A stretch of DNA of 64,000 nt from Patescibacteria group bacterium (GCA_041645215.1 JBAZQK010000002.1:15435-79434), one strand, 5' to 3'; shown: positions 19,384 through 29,757, numbered from the stretch's first letter. Notes: generated from the sequence alone by a model not told the origin. Program-made: numbers and translations.

Positions 19384-19938
19384 ATGACGCGTGACGGTGC
19401 CTGGCAATTAGTACAAGAAAAGGTTAAAGGTGCGTTCTTAAGGAACCACCTTTTGGCATCCGAGGCCATAATGCGCGCGTTGGCCCGGCATTTCCAGCAA
19501 GACGAGGAAATTTGGGGACTGGCTGGTTTGGTGCATGATATAGATTGGGAAGTAACGGAAACAGAACCGCAGACGCATGGTTTAATTGGCGCGGGTTGGC
19601 TCTCCAGCGCTGGTTTTCCAGCCGAGGTAGTAGAGGCCGTTAAAGTACACAATCATATGACCGGCCTTGAACCCAAAACACTGTTGGAAAAAACTTTATG
19701 GTGCGCGGAGGAATTAACTGGTTTAATTGTGGCTTGCGCTTATGTTCAGCCGGATAAAAAACTGGCGAGCGTTAAACCGTCGTCAGTCAAGAAAAAATTT
19801 AAAGATAAAGCTTTTGCCGCCGGTGTGAATCGTGAAATTATTTTAAAATGCCAGGAAATGATTGGATTGAGTCTGGATGAATTAATTGACATTGAACTTA
19901 AGGCGATGCAAGAAATTGCTAATGATTTAGGAATGTAA
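19384..19938 (+). CDS. HDIG-type HD-domain hydrolase
   Basis: H...GLVHDID, EELTGLI and KFKDKAFAAG motifs. Confidence 0.9.
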   Translation: MTRDGAWQLVQEKVKGAFLRNHLLASEAIMRALARHFQQDEEIWGLAGLVHDIDWEVTETEPQTHGLIGAGWLSSAGFPAEVVEAVKVHNHMTGLEPKTLLEKTLWCAEELTGLIVACAYVQPDKKLASVKPSSVKKKFKDKAFAAGVNREIILKCQEMIGLSLDELIDIELKAMQEIANDLGM

Positions 19939-19941
19939 TAT

Positions 19942-20355
19942 ATGAAACAGACTAATTTGATAGTGCAAGCCATAATTGAGCACCGGGGTAAGGTACTGGT
20001 TGGCAAAAGATTAAAAACATCTAAACATATGATATTTAGTTCGTGGCAAATTCCCGGTGGGCATCTTGAACCTGACGAAACTTTTGACCAGGCCGTCAAG
20101 CGTGAAATCGGCGAAGAAACCGGTTTGCGTATTAGGTTGATTAAATCATTTCCGTATTTTTTTAATCGCCCGTCGAAAGCAGGCGATCAGGTTTTATTGC
20201 TTTATTATGCCAGGGTAGTCGGTCGGCGGTTATTAAAGAGTAGCCAGGAGTATGGGGAGTTTGCTTGGATTATAAAAAAAGATTTAAAAAATATGGAATT
20301 TACCATTGGTACCAAGCGAGCCTTGACTTATTGGTTTAAATTGCGTAATAGGTAA
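19942..20355 (+). CDS. Nudix hydrolase
   Basis: GGHLEPDETFDQAVKREIGEETG. Confidence 0.9.
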   Translation: MKQTNLIVQAIIEHRGKVLVGKRLKTSKHMIFSSWQIPGGHLEPDETFDQAVKREIGEETGLRIRLIKSFPYFFNRPSKAGDQVLLLYYARVVGRRLLKSSQEYGEFAWIIKKDLKNMEFTIGTKRALTYWFKLRNR

Positions 20356-20360
20356 ATTAT

Positions 20361-20636
20361 ATGAATATAGAAAAAATACTACCAATAAGAGAAGACGAGA
20401 GAGGAGCACGTTATGATTTGGAAATTATTAAAGTAGTTATACGCAAAAGCGGTACTATCAGCGCTGACCATCAGCACCCTGAAGCGGAAGTACTTTATTT
20501 CATAAGCGGTCAGGTTAAGTTAACAGTAGGCGAGGAAACTCAAATTATTACCGCGCCGGTTAAGGTTACTATACCGCCTAATACTTATCATAAGATTGAA
20601 GCTTTGACTGATTTTATTTTGCTTTACGAAAGATAG
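20361..20636 (+). CDS. Cupin domain protein
   Basis: HQHPEAE...IPPNTYH. Confidence 0.88.
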   Translation: MNIEKILPIREDERGARYDLEIIKVVIRKSGTISADHQHPEAEVLYFISGQVKLTVGEETQIITAPVKVTIPPNTYHKIEALTDFILLYER

Positions 20637-20640
20637 TACT

Positions 20641-21120
20641 ATGTCTTACGAAAAATCTAATAAACTTCATATTGTGGCGGTAACGGCAGTTATTCGCAAT
20701 CGCGAAGGCAGATATTTATTGCTAAAGCGTCATCCCCGGGAGATTACTTTTCCTAACAGGTGGTGTTTTCCCGGCGGTAAAGTTGACGGCAATGATTCAG
20801 TTGAATACACCTTACGCAAAGAAGTTAAGGAGGAGGCTGGACTCAATTTGTTGCCGGGAAAAATATTGTTGCGGGATACGGTTTTTACCAGACCGGACGG
20901 GCAAACAGCCATGGTTTTTACCTATCTTTGTCAGGCCGACGACAAGCAAGAAGTTAAGCTAGATGTTAATGATTTTATTGATTATAAATGGGTGAGACTA
21001 GAAGATTTAAAAGATTTGGAACACGTTGGCGTGGACGAGGAAATAGCGCAGGCGGAAAAAATACTTAATTTAGGAATACCATTTGACCGTCTGATTACCC
21101 CGTCTGGACCGAAGGAATAA
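20641..21120 (+). CDS. Nudix hydrolase
   Basis: GGKVDGNDSVEYTLRKEVKEEAG. Confidence 0.88.
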   Translation: MSYEKSNKLHIVAVTAVIRNREGRYLLLKRHPREITFPNRWCFPGGKVDGNDSVEYTLRKEVKEEAGLNLLPGKILLRDTVFTRPDGQTAMVFTYLCQADDKQEVKLDVNDFIDYKWVRLEDLKDLEHVGVDEEIAQAEKILNLGIPFDRLITPSGPKE

Positions 21121-21124
21121 ATTT

Positions 21125-21751
21125 ATGGCTAAGTTATTAATTGCCACCAAGAACCCGGCTAAGTTTAAAAACTTTGCCAGACTTTTAGCCGGTTATAATT
21201 TTGACATAGTATCGTTGGCTGATATTGGCGTAGCAGTCGGCGTAGTAGAAACCGGCACGACATTTGAAGAGAACGCCAAACTTAAGGCCAAGGCTTATTT
21301 TGACCTGACCCAATTGCCTACGCTGGTAGATGACAGTGGTCTGGCCATTGACGCGCTCGGCGGCTGGCCGGGTTTATACTCGCGACGGGTCTGGGGACCG
21401 GATAAACCCGAAGCCACGGATGAAGAAGCTCGGGCCGAAGTATTAAAGCGCCTGGCCGATATACCAGATGGTAAACGCCAAGCCCACTTCATAGTGGTGG
21501 CGGCACTGGCTATGCCAGACCGACAAGTATACACAGCCACTTTTAGCGTCGACGGAGTTATTTCACGTGAACCACGCGGGACGCTTTCTCCCGGTTTCCC
21601 TTATCGCACAATTTTTTACCTGCCTCAGTATGGTAAAACAGCAGCTGAGCTGGAAGCTGAAGGTAATCATGATAATTACCTAAACCACCGAAAAAACGCT
21701 ATAATGAAATTTGATAACTATTTAAAGCAGTTAGAAGATCATGCTCAGTAA
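21125..21751 (+). CDS. rdgB: Non-canonical purine NTP pyrophosphatase (Ham1/RdgB family)
   Basis: ATKNPAK, ETGTTFEENAKLKA, DDSGL, PGLYS and NHR motifs. Confidence 0.9.
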   Translation: MAKLLIATKNPAKFKNFARLLAGYNFDIVSLADIGVAVGVVETGTTFEENAKLKAKAYFDLTQLPTLVDDSGLAIDALGGWPGLYSRRVWGPDKPEATDEEARAEVLKRLADIPDGKRQAHFIVVAALAMPDRQVYTATFSVDGVISREPRGTLSPGFPYRTIFYLPQYGKTAAELEAEGNHDNYLNHRKNAIMKFDNYLKQLEDHAQ

Positions 21752-22030
21752 TACAACTTGGCTAGCACTCGCCCTAACCACCAGCTATTATAACTTTATG
21801 TCTTATCTAACATCATTTAATCATTTATTCTTGTCTAACCACGCTTCGTGTGTAAGGGTGGTTAAGCCAAGTTGATATACTGGGTATGCCCAGTAACAAA
21901 ACTTCACTATACTCGCAAAGGCACTTGATATTAATCCTCATTTATAAACCTATGATTTTAGTTTCAGCTAATTTAATTTCTCTTTCACTCGGCTCGTATA
22001 AAGTGCCTAGTGAAGTTATTGTTACTGGGT

Positions 22031-23254
22031 ATGCTTGATATTAAATTTATTCACGAAAACCCGGAGTTAGTCAAACAAGGTACAGCCGCCAAAGGCCGGC
22101 CGGCTGACGTGGCGGCGATTTTAAAATTGGATACTGAGCGTCGCGCTTTGCAAACTGAAGTTGATGGTTTGCGCCAGGGCCGGGGTGACAAAGTAGTAGA
22201 TATTGAGGCGGCTCGTGCTAAAAAGCAGCAGTTAAAAGTCAAAGAGGATGGGCTGAACACAATTTCTGAAAAGTTGGAGGCTTTACTGTCAGCTGTTACC
22301 AACCTACCACGGCCGGACGTTAAAGTCGGTAAGGATGAAACCGAGAATGAGGTCGTAGCTACTTGGGGTGAGCCGACTAAGTTTGATTTTAAACCGCTTG
22401 ATTATATGACGCTGGCGGCTAAGCATGATTTGATTGATATGGAGCGCGCCGGTAAAGTGTCAGGCTCCCGCTTTGGCTATTTAAAAAATGATTTGGTTCT
22501 GCTGGAGTTCGCTTTAGTTCAATATGGTTTAAGTAAAGTTTTGCCGCACGGCTTTACGCCGGTTATTCCGCCGGTCTTAATTGGCGAGCCAGCTATGCGC
22601 GGTATGGGTTATTTGGACCATGGCGGCGAAGACGAGACTTATCATTTTAAAGAAGAGAAAATGTATTTGGTCGGCACTTCGGAACAATCAATCGGGCCTA
22701 TGCATATGGATGAGGTCTTGGCCGAAACAGATTTACCCAAGCGTTATATTTCATTTTCCACTTGTTTTCGGCGCGAGGCTGGTTCTTATGGCAAAGATAC
22801 ACGCGGTATTTTGCGGGTGCACCAGTTTGATAAGCTGGAAATGGTAGTTTACGCCCAGCCGGAGGAATCGGACAAAGAGCATGAATTTTTAGTTAGTCTG
22901 GAGCAAGAAATTATGCAGGGTTTAGGCTTGCCCTATCGTTTGGTGCGTTTATGTACGGGCGATTTAGGCGACCCGTCAGCCCGAACTTATGATATTGAAA
23001 CTTGGCTGCCATCGGAAAATAAATACCGGGAGACTCATTCTTGTTCAACCACGACTGACTATCAGAGTCGGCGGCTTAATATTCGTTACAAAAATGCCGC
23101 CGGCAAGCTGGCTTTGGTTCACATGCTTAACGGTACGGTTTTTACTAATCGCGCCAGCATCGCAATCTTGGAAAATTATCAGCAGGCTGACGGGCGCATT
23201 ATGATTCCAATGGTGTTGCGGCCGTATATGGGTGGCCGGGAGTACATTGGTTAA
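22031..23254 (+). CDS. serS: Seryl-tRNA synthetase
   Basis: MLDIK, GTSE, CFRREAG, RVHQFDK and HMLNGT motifs. Confidence 0.97.
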   Translation: MLDIKFIHENPELVKQGTAAKGRPADVAAILKLDTERRALQTEVDGLRQGRGDKVVDIEAARAKKQQLKVKEDGLNTISEKLEALLSAVTNLPRPDVKVGKDETENEVVATWGEPTKFDFKPLDYMTLAAKHDLIDMERAGKVSGSRFGYLKNDLVLLEFALVQYGLSKVLPHGFTPVIPPVLIGEPAMRGMGYLDHGGEDETYHFKEEKMYLVGTSEQSIGPMHMDEVLAETDLPKRYISFSTCFRREAGSYGKDTRGILRVHQFDKLEMVVYAQPEESDKEHEFLVSLEQEIMQGLGLPYRLVRLCTGDLGDPSARTYDIETWLPSENKYRETHSCSTTTDYQSRRLNIRYKNAAGKLALVHMLNGTVFTNRASIAILENYQQADGRIMIPMVLRPYMGGREYIG

Positions 23255-23258
23255 TATT

Positions 23259-24419
23259 ATGCCACAAAATATTTCACACCATTCTTGGGTGGAGGTTAGT
23301 GGCAGCGCTTTAATTCACAATTTAAAGCAGTATCGCCGCGCCTTAAAGCCGGGCGTGAGTTTACTGGTGGTGGTAAAAAGTAATGCTTATGGCCATGGTT
23401 TAACGCTGGCCAGTCAAGTGGCAGCCCAGTCCGGTTTAGTGGATTGGCTGGGAACAGCTTCACTCAGCGAAGCCTTAACCTTGCGCTCAGTTGGTTTTAA
23501 ATTGCCTATCTTAGTTTTGAGTTATTACCATCCTTTGCAAGTTGATGAACTTATTCGCGGTATTAAAACCAATATCTCTTTTGTGGTTTATGAAACTCAA
23601 GCTATTAAACAGTTGGCGGTGGCGGCCAGGAAAGCCCGGCAACGCGCCAAAGTGCACTTAAAAATTAATACGGGTATGGCGCGGCTCGGGATAGATTATC
23701 GGGAGGCCAGTCAATATCTTCGTTTGATTAAAGGTGATAAAAATTTATTACTGGAAGGTGTAGCTTCGCATTTTGCCACCGCTGAATCAAAGTTTACCGG
23801 TTTTTTGCAAACTCAATTGGAAAATTTTGACAAGTTCCTGGTGGAAAACAGTTCATTATTGGGTTCAAAGATTTATAAACACATCGCTTGTTCAGCAGCC
23901 ATTAATACGCAAACCGGTTCGCAATATAATTTAGTCAGGCTAGGTATAGGTTATTACGGTTTGTGGCCGTCGTTTGATAATAAGACCATGGTTAAAAAAA
24001 CGCAGCCATATTTTAAGCTGCAGCCGGCCTTAACTTGGAAAACAAATATTATTGAGTTGCAAAAACTGGCGGCTGGAGTGACCGTTGGTTATGGCCGCTC
24101 TTATTTAACTAAGCGGCCGTTAACCATGGCCGTCTTGCCTATTGGTTATTGGGATGGTTATGACAGAAAATTATCAAATCATGCTCAAGTTTTAGTGCAA
24201 GGGAAGTTGTGTTCTATTATTGGCCGTGTTTGTATGAATATAACTATGGTTGACGTCTCTCATGTAAAAAACGTTAAAGTCGGCGACGAAGTGGTGCTGC
24301 TGGGACGCCAGGGCAGGGGAGTTGTAGCGGCCGAGTATTTAGCTGAAAAATCTGCTACTATTAATTATGAGGTGGTCACGAGAATTAATCCGAACTTGCC
24401 TCGAGCATTAGTTGGTTAA
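23259..24419 (+). CDS. alr: Alanine racemase
   Basis: VVKSNAYGHG, HLKINTGMARLG and GRVCMN motifs. Confidence 0.96.
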   Translation: MPQNISHHSWVEVSGSALIHNLKQYRRALKPGVSLLVVVKSNAYGHGLTLASQVAAQSGLVDWLGTASLSEALTLRSVGFKLPILVLSYYHPLQVDELIRGIKTNISFVVYETQAIKQLAVAARKARQRAKVHLKINTGMARLGIDYREASQYLRLIKGDKNLLLEGVASHFATAESKFTGFLQTQLENFDKFLVENSSLLGSKIYKHIACSAAINTQTGSQYNLVRLGIGYYGLWPSFDNKTMVKKTQPYFKLQPALTWKTNIIELQKLAAGVTVGYGRSYLTKRPLTMAVLPIGYWDGYDRKLSNHAQVLVQGKLCSIIGRVCMNITMVDVSHVKNVKVGDEVVLLGRQGRGVVAAEYLAEKSATINYEVVTRINPNLPRALVG

Positions 24420-24422
24420 TTT

Positions 24423-25559
24423 ATGAAAAAAGCTAAAAAAATTCGCGTGGGAGTTTTGTTGGGCGGCCGCTCGGCCGAACACGAAGTGTCGATTGTATCA
24501 GCCCGTTCGGTGATGGCCGCACTGGATAAAAAAAAGTACGAAGTCATTCCCATCGGCATATCAAAGGAAGGTCATTGGCTGGTAGGGGAGCGGGTAGTGA
24601 ATTTATTGGAGTCGGGAACTAAAATTCCGCGACAACTGGCGCAAATATTGCCGGCCGACCCCATGGTTAAATCGCTTGTTCCTCTGGTACGCAGTTCAAA
24701 GCGCGAAGCTAAGGGTACCGAGATTGACGTGATTTTTCCGGTTTTACACGGCACTTTTGGCGAAGACGGTACGGTGCAGGGGTTGTTGGAACTCGCTAAT
24801 ATTCCCTATGTTGGCGCCGGGGTTTTGGGTTCAGCCGTAGGCATGGATAAGATAGTCCAAAAAATGATTTTTCAGGCTAACCATTTGCCCACGCCTGATT
24901 TTGTTTATACCACCAGCCATTATTATAAGCGTGCGGCGATTAAGTTTCATAAACAAGTGGGTGCCCGGATAGGCTATCCTTGTTTTGTTAAACCGCCTAA
25001 TTTGGGTTCCTCGGTCGGTATTAGTAAAGCGCATAATCAAACAGAATTAGTAAAAGCTATTAAGCTGGCTCTCCAATACGACCGTCGGGTTATAGTGGAG
25101 CAAGGTATTGAACAGGCTTGGGAAATTGAATGTGCGGTTTTGGGTAATGAAGCTCCTAAGGCCTCAATCGCCGGACGAGTCATAACCTCAAATGAGTTTT
25201 ACGATTATGACGCTAAATACGTAGATGGCAAATCACAGTTAGTGATTCCGGCGCCTTTGCCTAAGGAAGTTATGGCTAAAGTCAGAAACTTGGCAGCGCA
25301 GGCTTTTACGACGCTGGATTTAGCCGGTATGGCGCGAGTTGATTTTTTGGTGCAGCCTAGGAAATGGAAAATTTATTTGAGTGAAGTTAATACTATTCCC
25401 GGATTCACCAGTATCAGTATGTATCCTAAATTATGGTCAGCCAGCGGGTTACCTTATCCTAAACTGCTTGACGAGCTGATTAAATTAGCCTTGGAACGTT
25501 TTAAAATTAAGAGCCGGCTTACTATCAGTTATCAGCCTAAATCCTTATGGTATCGTTAA
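24423..25559 (+). CDS. ddl: D-alanine--D-alanine ligase
   Basis: GGRSAEHEVS, LHGTFGEDG, GSSVG and EVNTIPGFT motifs. Confidence 0.97.
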   Translation: MKKAKKIRVGVLLGGRSAEHEVSIVSARSVMAALDKKKYEVIPIGISKEGHWLVGERVVNLLESGTKIPRQLAQILPADPMVKSLVPLVRSSKREAKGTEIDVIFPVLHGTFGEDGTVQGLLELANIPYVGAGVLGSAVGMDKIVQKMIFQANHLPTPDFVYTTSHYYKRAAIKFHKQVGARIGYPCFVKPPNLGSSVGISKAHNQTELVKAIKLALQYDRRVIVEQGIEQAWEIECAVLGNEAPKASIAGRVITSNEFYDYDAKYVDGKSQLVIPAPLPKEVMAKVRNLAAQAFTTLDLAGMARVDFLVQPRKWKIYLSEVNTIPGFTSISMYPKLWSASGLPYPKLLDELIKLALERFKIKSRLTISYQPKSLWYR

Positions 25560-26434
25560 AGTTTTTTTCTCGTAAACGACGCCGCGAGCGACGACGTGAC
25601 TACTCAAGCCAGTACCATGGCCAGCCGGTAGTTATGAAGCAATTGACCCGGGCTTATCACCGGGGTGGTCGGCCAGCTCACAGTAAATGGTTGATCAAAT
25701 ATGGTCCGCCGATCGCAATGGCAATAATGATTGCAATTGCTTATTCTCCAATTTTTCGTATTCGTAATGTTATTATAAATAACATTCCTTTTCGACAAAC
25801 GGAGGAGCGTTTGCAGGCGACGATGCAGGATTATTTTACGAGTAGGCGTGGTTTTATTTTTCCGCAGTCTAACTTGCTTTTTTTTAGGGCCGAGTCGGCG
25901 CGTCAGGCGCTAAGCCGTGAGATTTACAGCGATAAGGTAGTATTTGAACGGCACTGGCCTAATGTTTTAAGGATCAATTATAATCCGGAGAATATCATTG
26001 CCCTGTGGCAGACCACCGGTAAACTTTTTGCCGTGGATCAGCGCGGCATTATGGTACAGGAACTGACTGGCGTAAAACTATACAATGTTGATTTGATTGT
26101 AGTTGATGAGGTTAACACGGTGGATCATAAGATCGGCGATCAGGTAGCCGGCCAGCAACTGGTTGATCTATTGGTCAATTTGCCCGGCGCCTGGGGCGGC
26201 AGCGTTGGTAAATTCAAGATTGAACGGGTGGCGGTGGATACTCAATTTTTACCAACTGTTGATATTTATACTGCTGACGGCTGGTATGTAATGGTCTCGG
26301 CCGAGGAGAGTATTGATAAGCAGATGCTAGTTTTAAAAAGATTGATAGATGAAAAAATTAAAAATGACATTAACCGCGTTCAATATATTGATGTCCGTTT
26401 TATTCAAAAGGCCAGTTATTCATTTAAGAATTAA
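25547..26434 (+). CDS. ftsQ: Cell division protein FtsQ/DivIB-like
   Basis: Basic N-terminus, TM helix, POTRA-like RHWPN, C-terminal YIDVRF; follows ddl. Confidence 0.8.
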   Translation: MVSLKFFSRKRRRERRRDYSSQYHGQPVVMKQLTRAYHRGGRPAHSKWLIKYGPPIAMAIMIAIAYSPIFRIRNVIINNIPFRQTEERLQATMQDYFTSRRGFIFPQSNLLFFRAESARQALSREIYSDKVVFERHWPNVLRINYNPENIIALWQTTGKLFAVDQRGIMVQELTGVKLYNVDLIVVDEVNTVDHKIGDQVAGQQLVDLLVNLPGAWGGSVGKFKIERVAVDTQFLPTVDIYTADGWYVMVSAEESIDKQMLVLKRLIDEKIKNDINRVQYIDVRFIQKASYSFKN

Positions 26435-26561
26435 GCGGCGTTAATAAAACTTGGAAGCCGTAACGGCTTACTCCACCGTAGTCCTTAAAAAAGGTGAAGG
26501 AAGGCCGGAAGCTGTGGGGTATTATGGCGTAGTCCCGCAAAGCGGGACGAAGACGGATAAA

Positions 26562-26768
26562 TCCCGTTACATTTCCACGGGGTATTAGACGGACGCGGAA
26601 ATTGACCCCGTTAGAGATGCGGAACAAAGTGTAATTTGTAGGATGTTAATGTGTGCGGAGCGTATCTTACTATATGTTTCAGTACTGAGTGAATCTCTAA
26701 CGGGGTGAATCTGAATTTGCTGCGGTATCCCCGCGGCCAGACCGCGGGGTTTTTAAAATGTAACGGGA
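26562..26768. mobile_element. Family A element (outer) with nested family A element at 26606-26705
   Basis: Outer TIR TCCCGTTACATTT/AAATGTAACGGGA with TSD TAAA; inner TIR CCCCGTTAGAGAT/ATCTCTAACGGGG with TSD TGA. Confidence 0.85.
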
Positions 26769-26984
26769 TAAAACTATCGTACATTTTGCGACACAAAGGA
26801 TGTTACCGGCAAAGTAGTTTGAGTGTGTAATAAATATTATTGACATAAAAATAATCATAATTGGCCGCAGAATTAAAAAATGAAGCCGGTGAGTTGGTAT
26901 AGTAATTGCATGTACCTGTGATTACTTATTACCGATTTTCCCAATTCAATTTACCAAACAGGATTTTATTATTCTCCAGTTATT

Positions 26985-27186
26985 CCCGCCTGCCTAAGCC
27001 TGTCTTAAGACAAGCGAAGTTAATAAAAAAGAAGATTTAAAACTAAATAATAAATAATCAATTATGCGAGGCATATGGCGGGCAGGCCCGCCTGCCTAAG
27101 CCTGTACAAAGTAAACGATGCTATTAAATAGAAAACTACAACACTAAATAATAATTATCGATTGCAAGAGGCCGATGGCGGGCAGG
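26985..27186. repeat. Two tandem ~100-bp units with conserved GC-rich ends
   Basis: CCCGCCTGCCTAAGCCTGT...GAGGC..ATGGCGGGCAGG at 26985-27086 and 27087-27186. Confidence 0.85.
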
Positions 27187-27399
27187 TAAAAAATGGAAAA
27201 ATTATGCAGTTTTATGACGAAGTCATAGCTATCTTCATACCCCTGAAATCAACCTCGGGCCATATACGAGGTTGGTTTTTTGATAATATAAGGCCGCGGG
27301 GCTAATTTAAGTGTAACCCCGACAAATAAAGTGTCTGCTAATTATTACACAAAAAACTGTCCGGTTTTATAAAAAGCCACGACTTTATTGGTTTATAAT

Positions 27400-27565
27400 T
27401 AGGACTTACGGGTTTGAGCCAAGTTCGAGGCAAAACCGAGCATTTGAGCGAGCCGTAGTAAAACTACGGTGAGCGAAAAGCGGAGGTTTTAACAAAGAAA
27501 TTGGCCAAAGCCGCTTGAGGGGTCGGGCTGCGCCCGCCCTGCAAGCGGCAAGCCCGTAAGTCCTA
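27400..27565. mobile_element. MITE family B, copy 2 (166 bp)
   Basis: TIR TAGGACTTACGGG/CCCGTAAGTCCTA; TSD ATAAT. Confidence 0.9.
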
Positions 27566-27717
27566 ATAATAACAAAAACATCAATTATAATGGGAGTAGC
27601 CGCTATTTAGGGATAATAAGAGTTTAAGCGGTATTTGCCTGATTTTAAAGACTATGTTAAACTGAGTATAATATCCCAAACGCTCAGTTATTTATACTAT
27701 AGACAAATATAGGTCAT

Positions 27718-28203
27718 ATGCCAAACTCCCCTGCAATAAATAGCATGACTGATGAGGCTAAAGCCTGGTTAGCAGGTTTTATTGATGGTGAAGGTTATAT
27801 CGGTTTAACCTTTCAAATAAAAAAAGCAACACCAACCTCGGCCCGCACGCCTCGTTATCACCCTTATTTGATAATAGCTAATACCAATAAAGCGGTTATT
27901 GAATATATTCAGACCATTTTGGGTGTGGGCAGAGTTTATAATTTTTTTCCAAAAAATATAAAATTCAAAGGTGCTTATCAAATTAAGATTAGTCAGAACA
28001 ATGATTTGCAGGCCGTTTTAACAGCCATACTCCCCTATTTGCGGGTTAAGTCTGAACAAGCTCGTATAGTTTTGGATTTTTTAGCCAGACGAAAAGACAT
28101 TAAACCTATTACTAGCCGCGGTCACAGAGGCGCGACTTCATTTGGTGAAGCCGATAAGGCTTTATATCAACGTTTATTGGATTTAAATAAGAAAGGACCA
28201 TAA
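27718..28203 (+). CDS. LAGLIDADG homing endonuclease (single motif, free-standing)
   Basis: WLAGFIDGEG and ILPYLRVKSEQA motifs. Confidence 0.9.
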   Translation: MPNSPAINSMTDEAKAWLAGFIDGEGYIGLTFQIKKATPTSARTPRYHPYLIIANTNKAVIEYIQTILGVGRVYNFFPKNIKFKGAYQIKISQNNDLQAVLTAILPYLRVKSEQARIVLDFLARRKDIKPITSRGHRGATSFGEADKALYQRLLDLNKKGP

Positions 28204-28205
28204 AT

Positions 28206-29141
28206 ATGCTGCCGCACTTTGATGATTTTCTGCTTTCATTGCAGGTGAATAATTATTCTAAAGAGACGGTCTATAATTACGAGCGCGACCTTAAGGTGTT
28301 TGAATTTTTTTTGGTTAATGACATAAAATTGAAAAATTTTGCCAAAATTAATAAAAAAACCATAGAACTTTATAAGGCTTATTTGGCCTCCAGAGACCGT
28401 GAGACGGCGACTGGCAAAAAAAGTCATGGCCAACTAACAAGTTTTTCAACTAATAGATTTTTATCTTCTTTGCGTCGCTATCTTAAATACTTGATTGAAA
28501 TGGACCTGCCTACTCCCCTGCCGCCCGAGGCGGTTAAGCTGGTAAAGACTGAGCGAAAGCACCCGCAGGTGGCGGAATTCACTGAACTGGTGCGCTTAAT
28601 TGAATCACCAACTTGGTTAGAAAAAAATAAGGTAGTTGGTTTGCGCAATCGGGTGATGTTGGAGGTTTTATTTGCCACTGGTATGCGGATTTCCGAATTA
28701 ACCGGACTTAATCGGGTACAAATCGACGACAGCGGCCGTATATTTATAACGGGTAAGGGTAAAAAACAGCGCTTTGTTTATTTGACCGAGCGGGCCAAAA
28801 AATATTTGAATATGTATTTAGCTAAACGTCCAGATACACACCCGGCCCTATTTATTCCCTACCGGGGAGGGAATGCCGGTAAGAATAACAGACGTTTATC
28901 AACTAATTATTTACAAATGAAAATCAAACAATACCGCGAGACTTTGCGCATAAATGTGCCAACCTCGGCCCACTCCCTGCGTCATGGCTTTGCCACTTAT
29001 TTGGCGGAAAGCGGCGCTAATCCGGCAGCTATTCAAGTTTTACTCGGTCACGAATCGCTTGATACCACTACCCGTTATGTCCACGCCTCCGATAAATATG
29101 CCGAAAGTACGCATAAAAAATTTCATCCGTTAAAAACTTGA
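28206..29141 (+). CDS. XerC/XerD-like tyrosine recombinase
   Basis: TGMRISE, GKGKKQR, HSLRH, LLGH and TTTRY catalytic residues. Confidence 0.93.
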   Translation: MLPHFDDFLLSLQVNNYSKETVYNYERDLKVFEFFLVNDIKLKNFAKINKKTIELYKAYLASRDRETATGKKSHGQLTSFSTNRFLSSLRRYLKYLIEMDLPTPLPPEAVKLVKTERKHPQVAEFTELVRLIESPTWLEKNKVVGLRNRVMLEVLFATGMRISELTGLNRVQIDDSGRIFITGKGKKQRFVYLTERAKKYLNMYLAKRPDTHPALFIPYRGGNAGKNNRRLSTNYLQMKIKQYRETLRINVPTSAHSLRHGFATYLAESGANPAAIQVLLGHESLDTTTRYVHASDKYAESTHKKFHPLKT

Positions 29142-29196
29142 CATTATCCATTTTTATATGTAAGTTTTAAATTAAAATAACATATCAACCAAAAGA

Positions 29197-29706
29197 ATGG
29201 GAGCAAAAATGGAAACCTTAAAAAATATTTATCTTTTTTTGACTGGCCGTAAAAGCAGTAAATACATGGGATTTTTATCCCAACGTTTGCTCTGGATTTC
29301 GTCTAGTTTTTTTATTTCCGGCGTTGTATTAATAGTATGCATATTAGCCGTGGACCGGTTGGGTGCCAACGTGACCTATAAGGATTATGCGATTGTTGGC
29401 GCAATGTTTTTCGGTGTGGCCGCATCAGTTGTAGGATTTGTGGTGGTACCTGTGGCATTAAGGATGTTTTTGGCGTGGTTGTTTCCAAAAACTTCCGGGC
29501 TCGGTTTATTGCGCTGGCAGATAACTTCGGAGGCAGATGAAACAATTTGGTGGGTAGCAGTTATGGTTATTGGTTTAATTTTGTTTTGTTGGTTGTCCAC
29601 AACCTCTTTCTTATTGGCGCAAGTGATAAGTTATGTAGGCGGCGCTTTACTGCTTTTAATTTTCATATCTCATAATAGCAAGCCGGTCAAACCAACCAAA
29701 ACCTAA
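29197..29706 (+). CDS. Hypothetical membrane protein
   Basis: About four hydrophobic segments. Confidence 0.7.
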   Translation: MGAKMETLKNIYLFLTGRKSSKYMGFLSQRLLWISSSFFISGVVLIVCILAVDRLGANVTYKDYAIVGAMFFGVAASVVGFVVVPVALRMFLAWLFPKTSGLGLLRWQITSEADETIWWVAVMVIGLILFCWLSTTSFLLAQVISYVGGALLLLIFISHNSKPVKPTKT

Positions 29707-29724
29707 AAATAAAGTCTTAATAAA

Positions 29725-29757
29725 AGAAGCGTACCGAAATTCATAGGTACGCTTTTT
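29725..29757. terminator. Bidirectional intrinsic terminator
   Basis: AAGCGTACC-loop-GGTACGCTT between convergent genes. Confidence 0.7.

Noticed and set aside
21833-21867. attC site GTCTAAC...GTTAAGC
   Set aside because: It is about 35 bp, too short for an attC site, and lacks L boxes.
26985-27186. CRISPR array
   Set aside because: There are only two units, the cores are about 60 bp and partly similar, and no cas genes are in the window.
28206-29141. Integron integrase IntI
   Set aside because: The IntI-specific insertion before the HxxRH box is not visible, and the gene is 17 kb from the attC-like sites.
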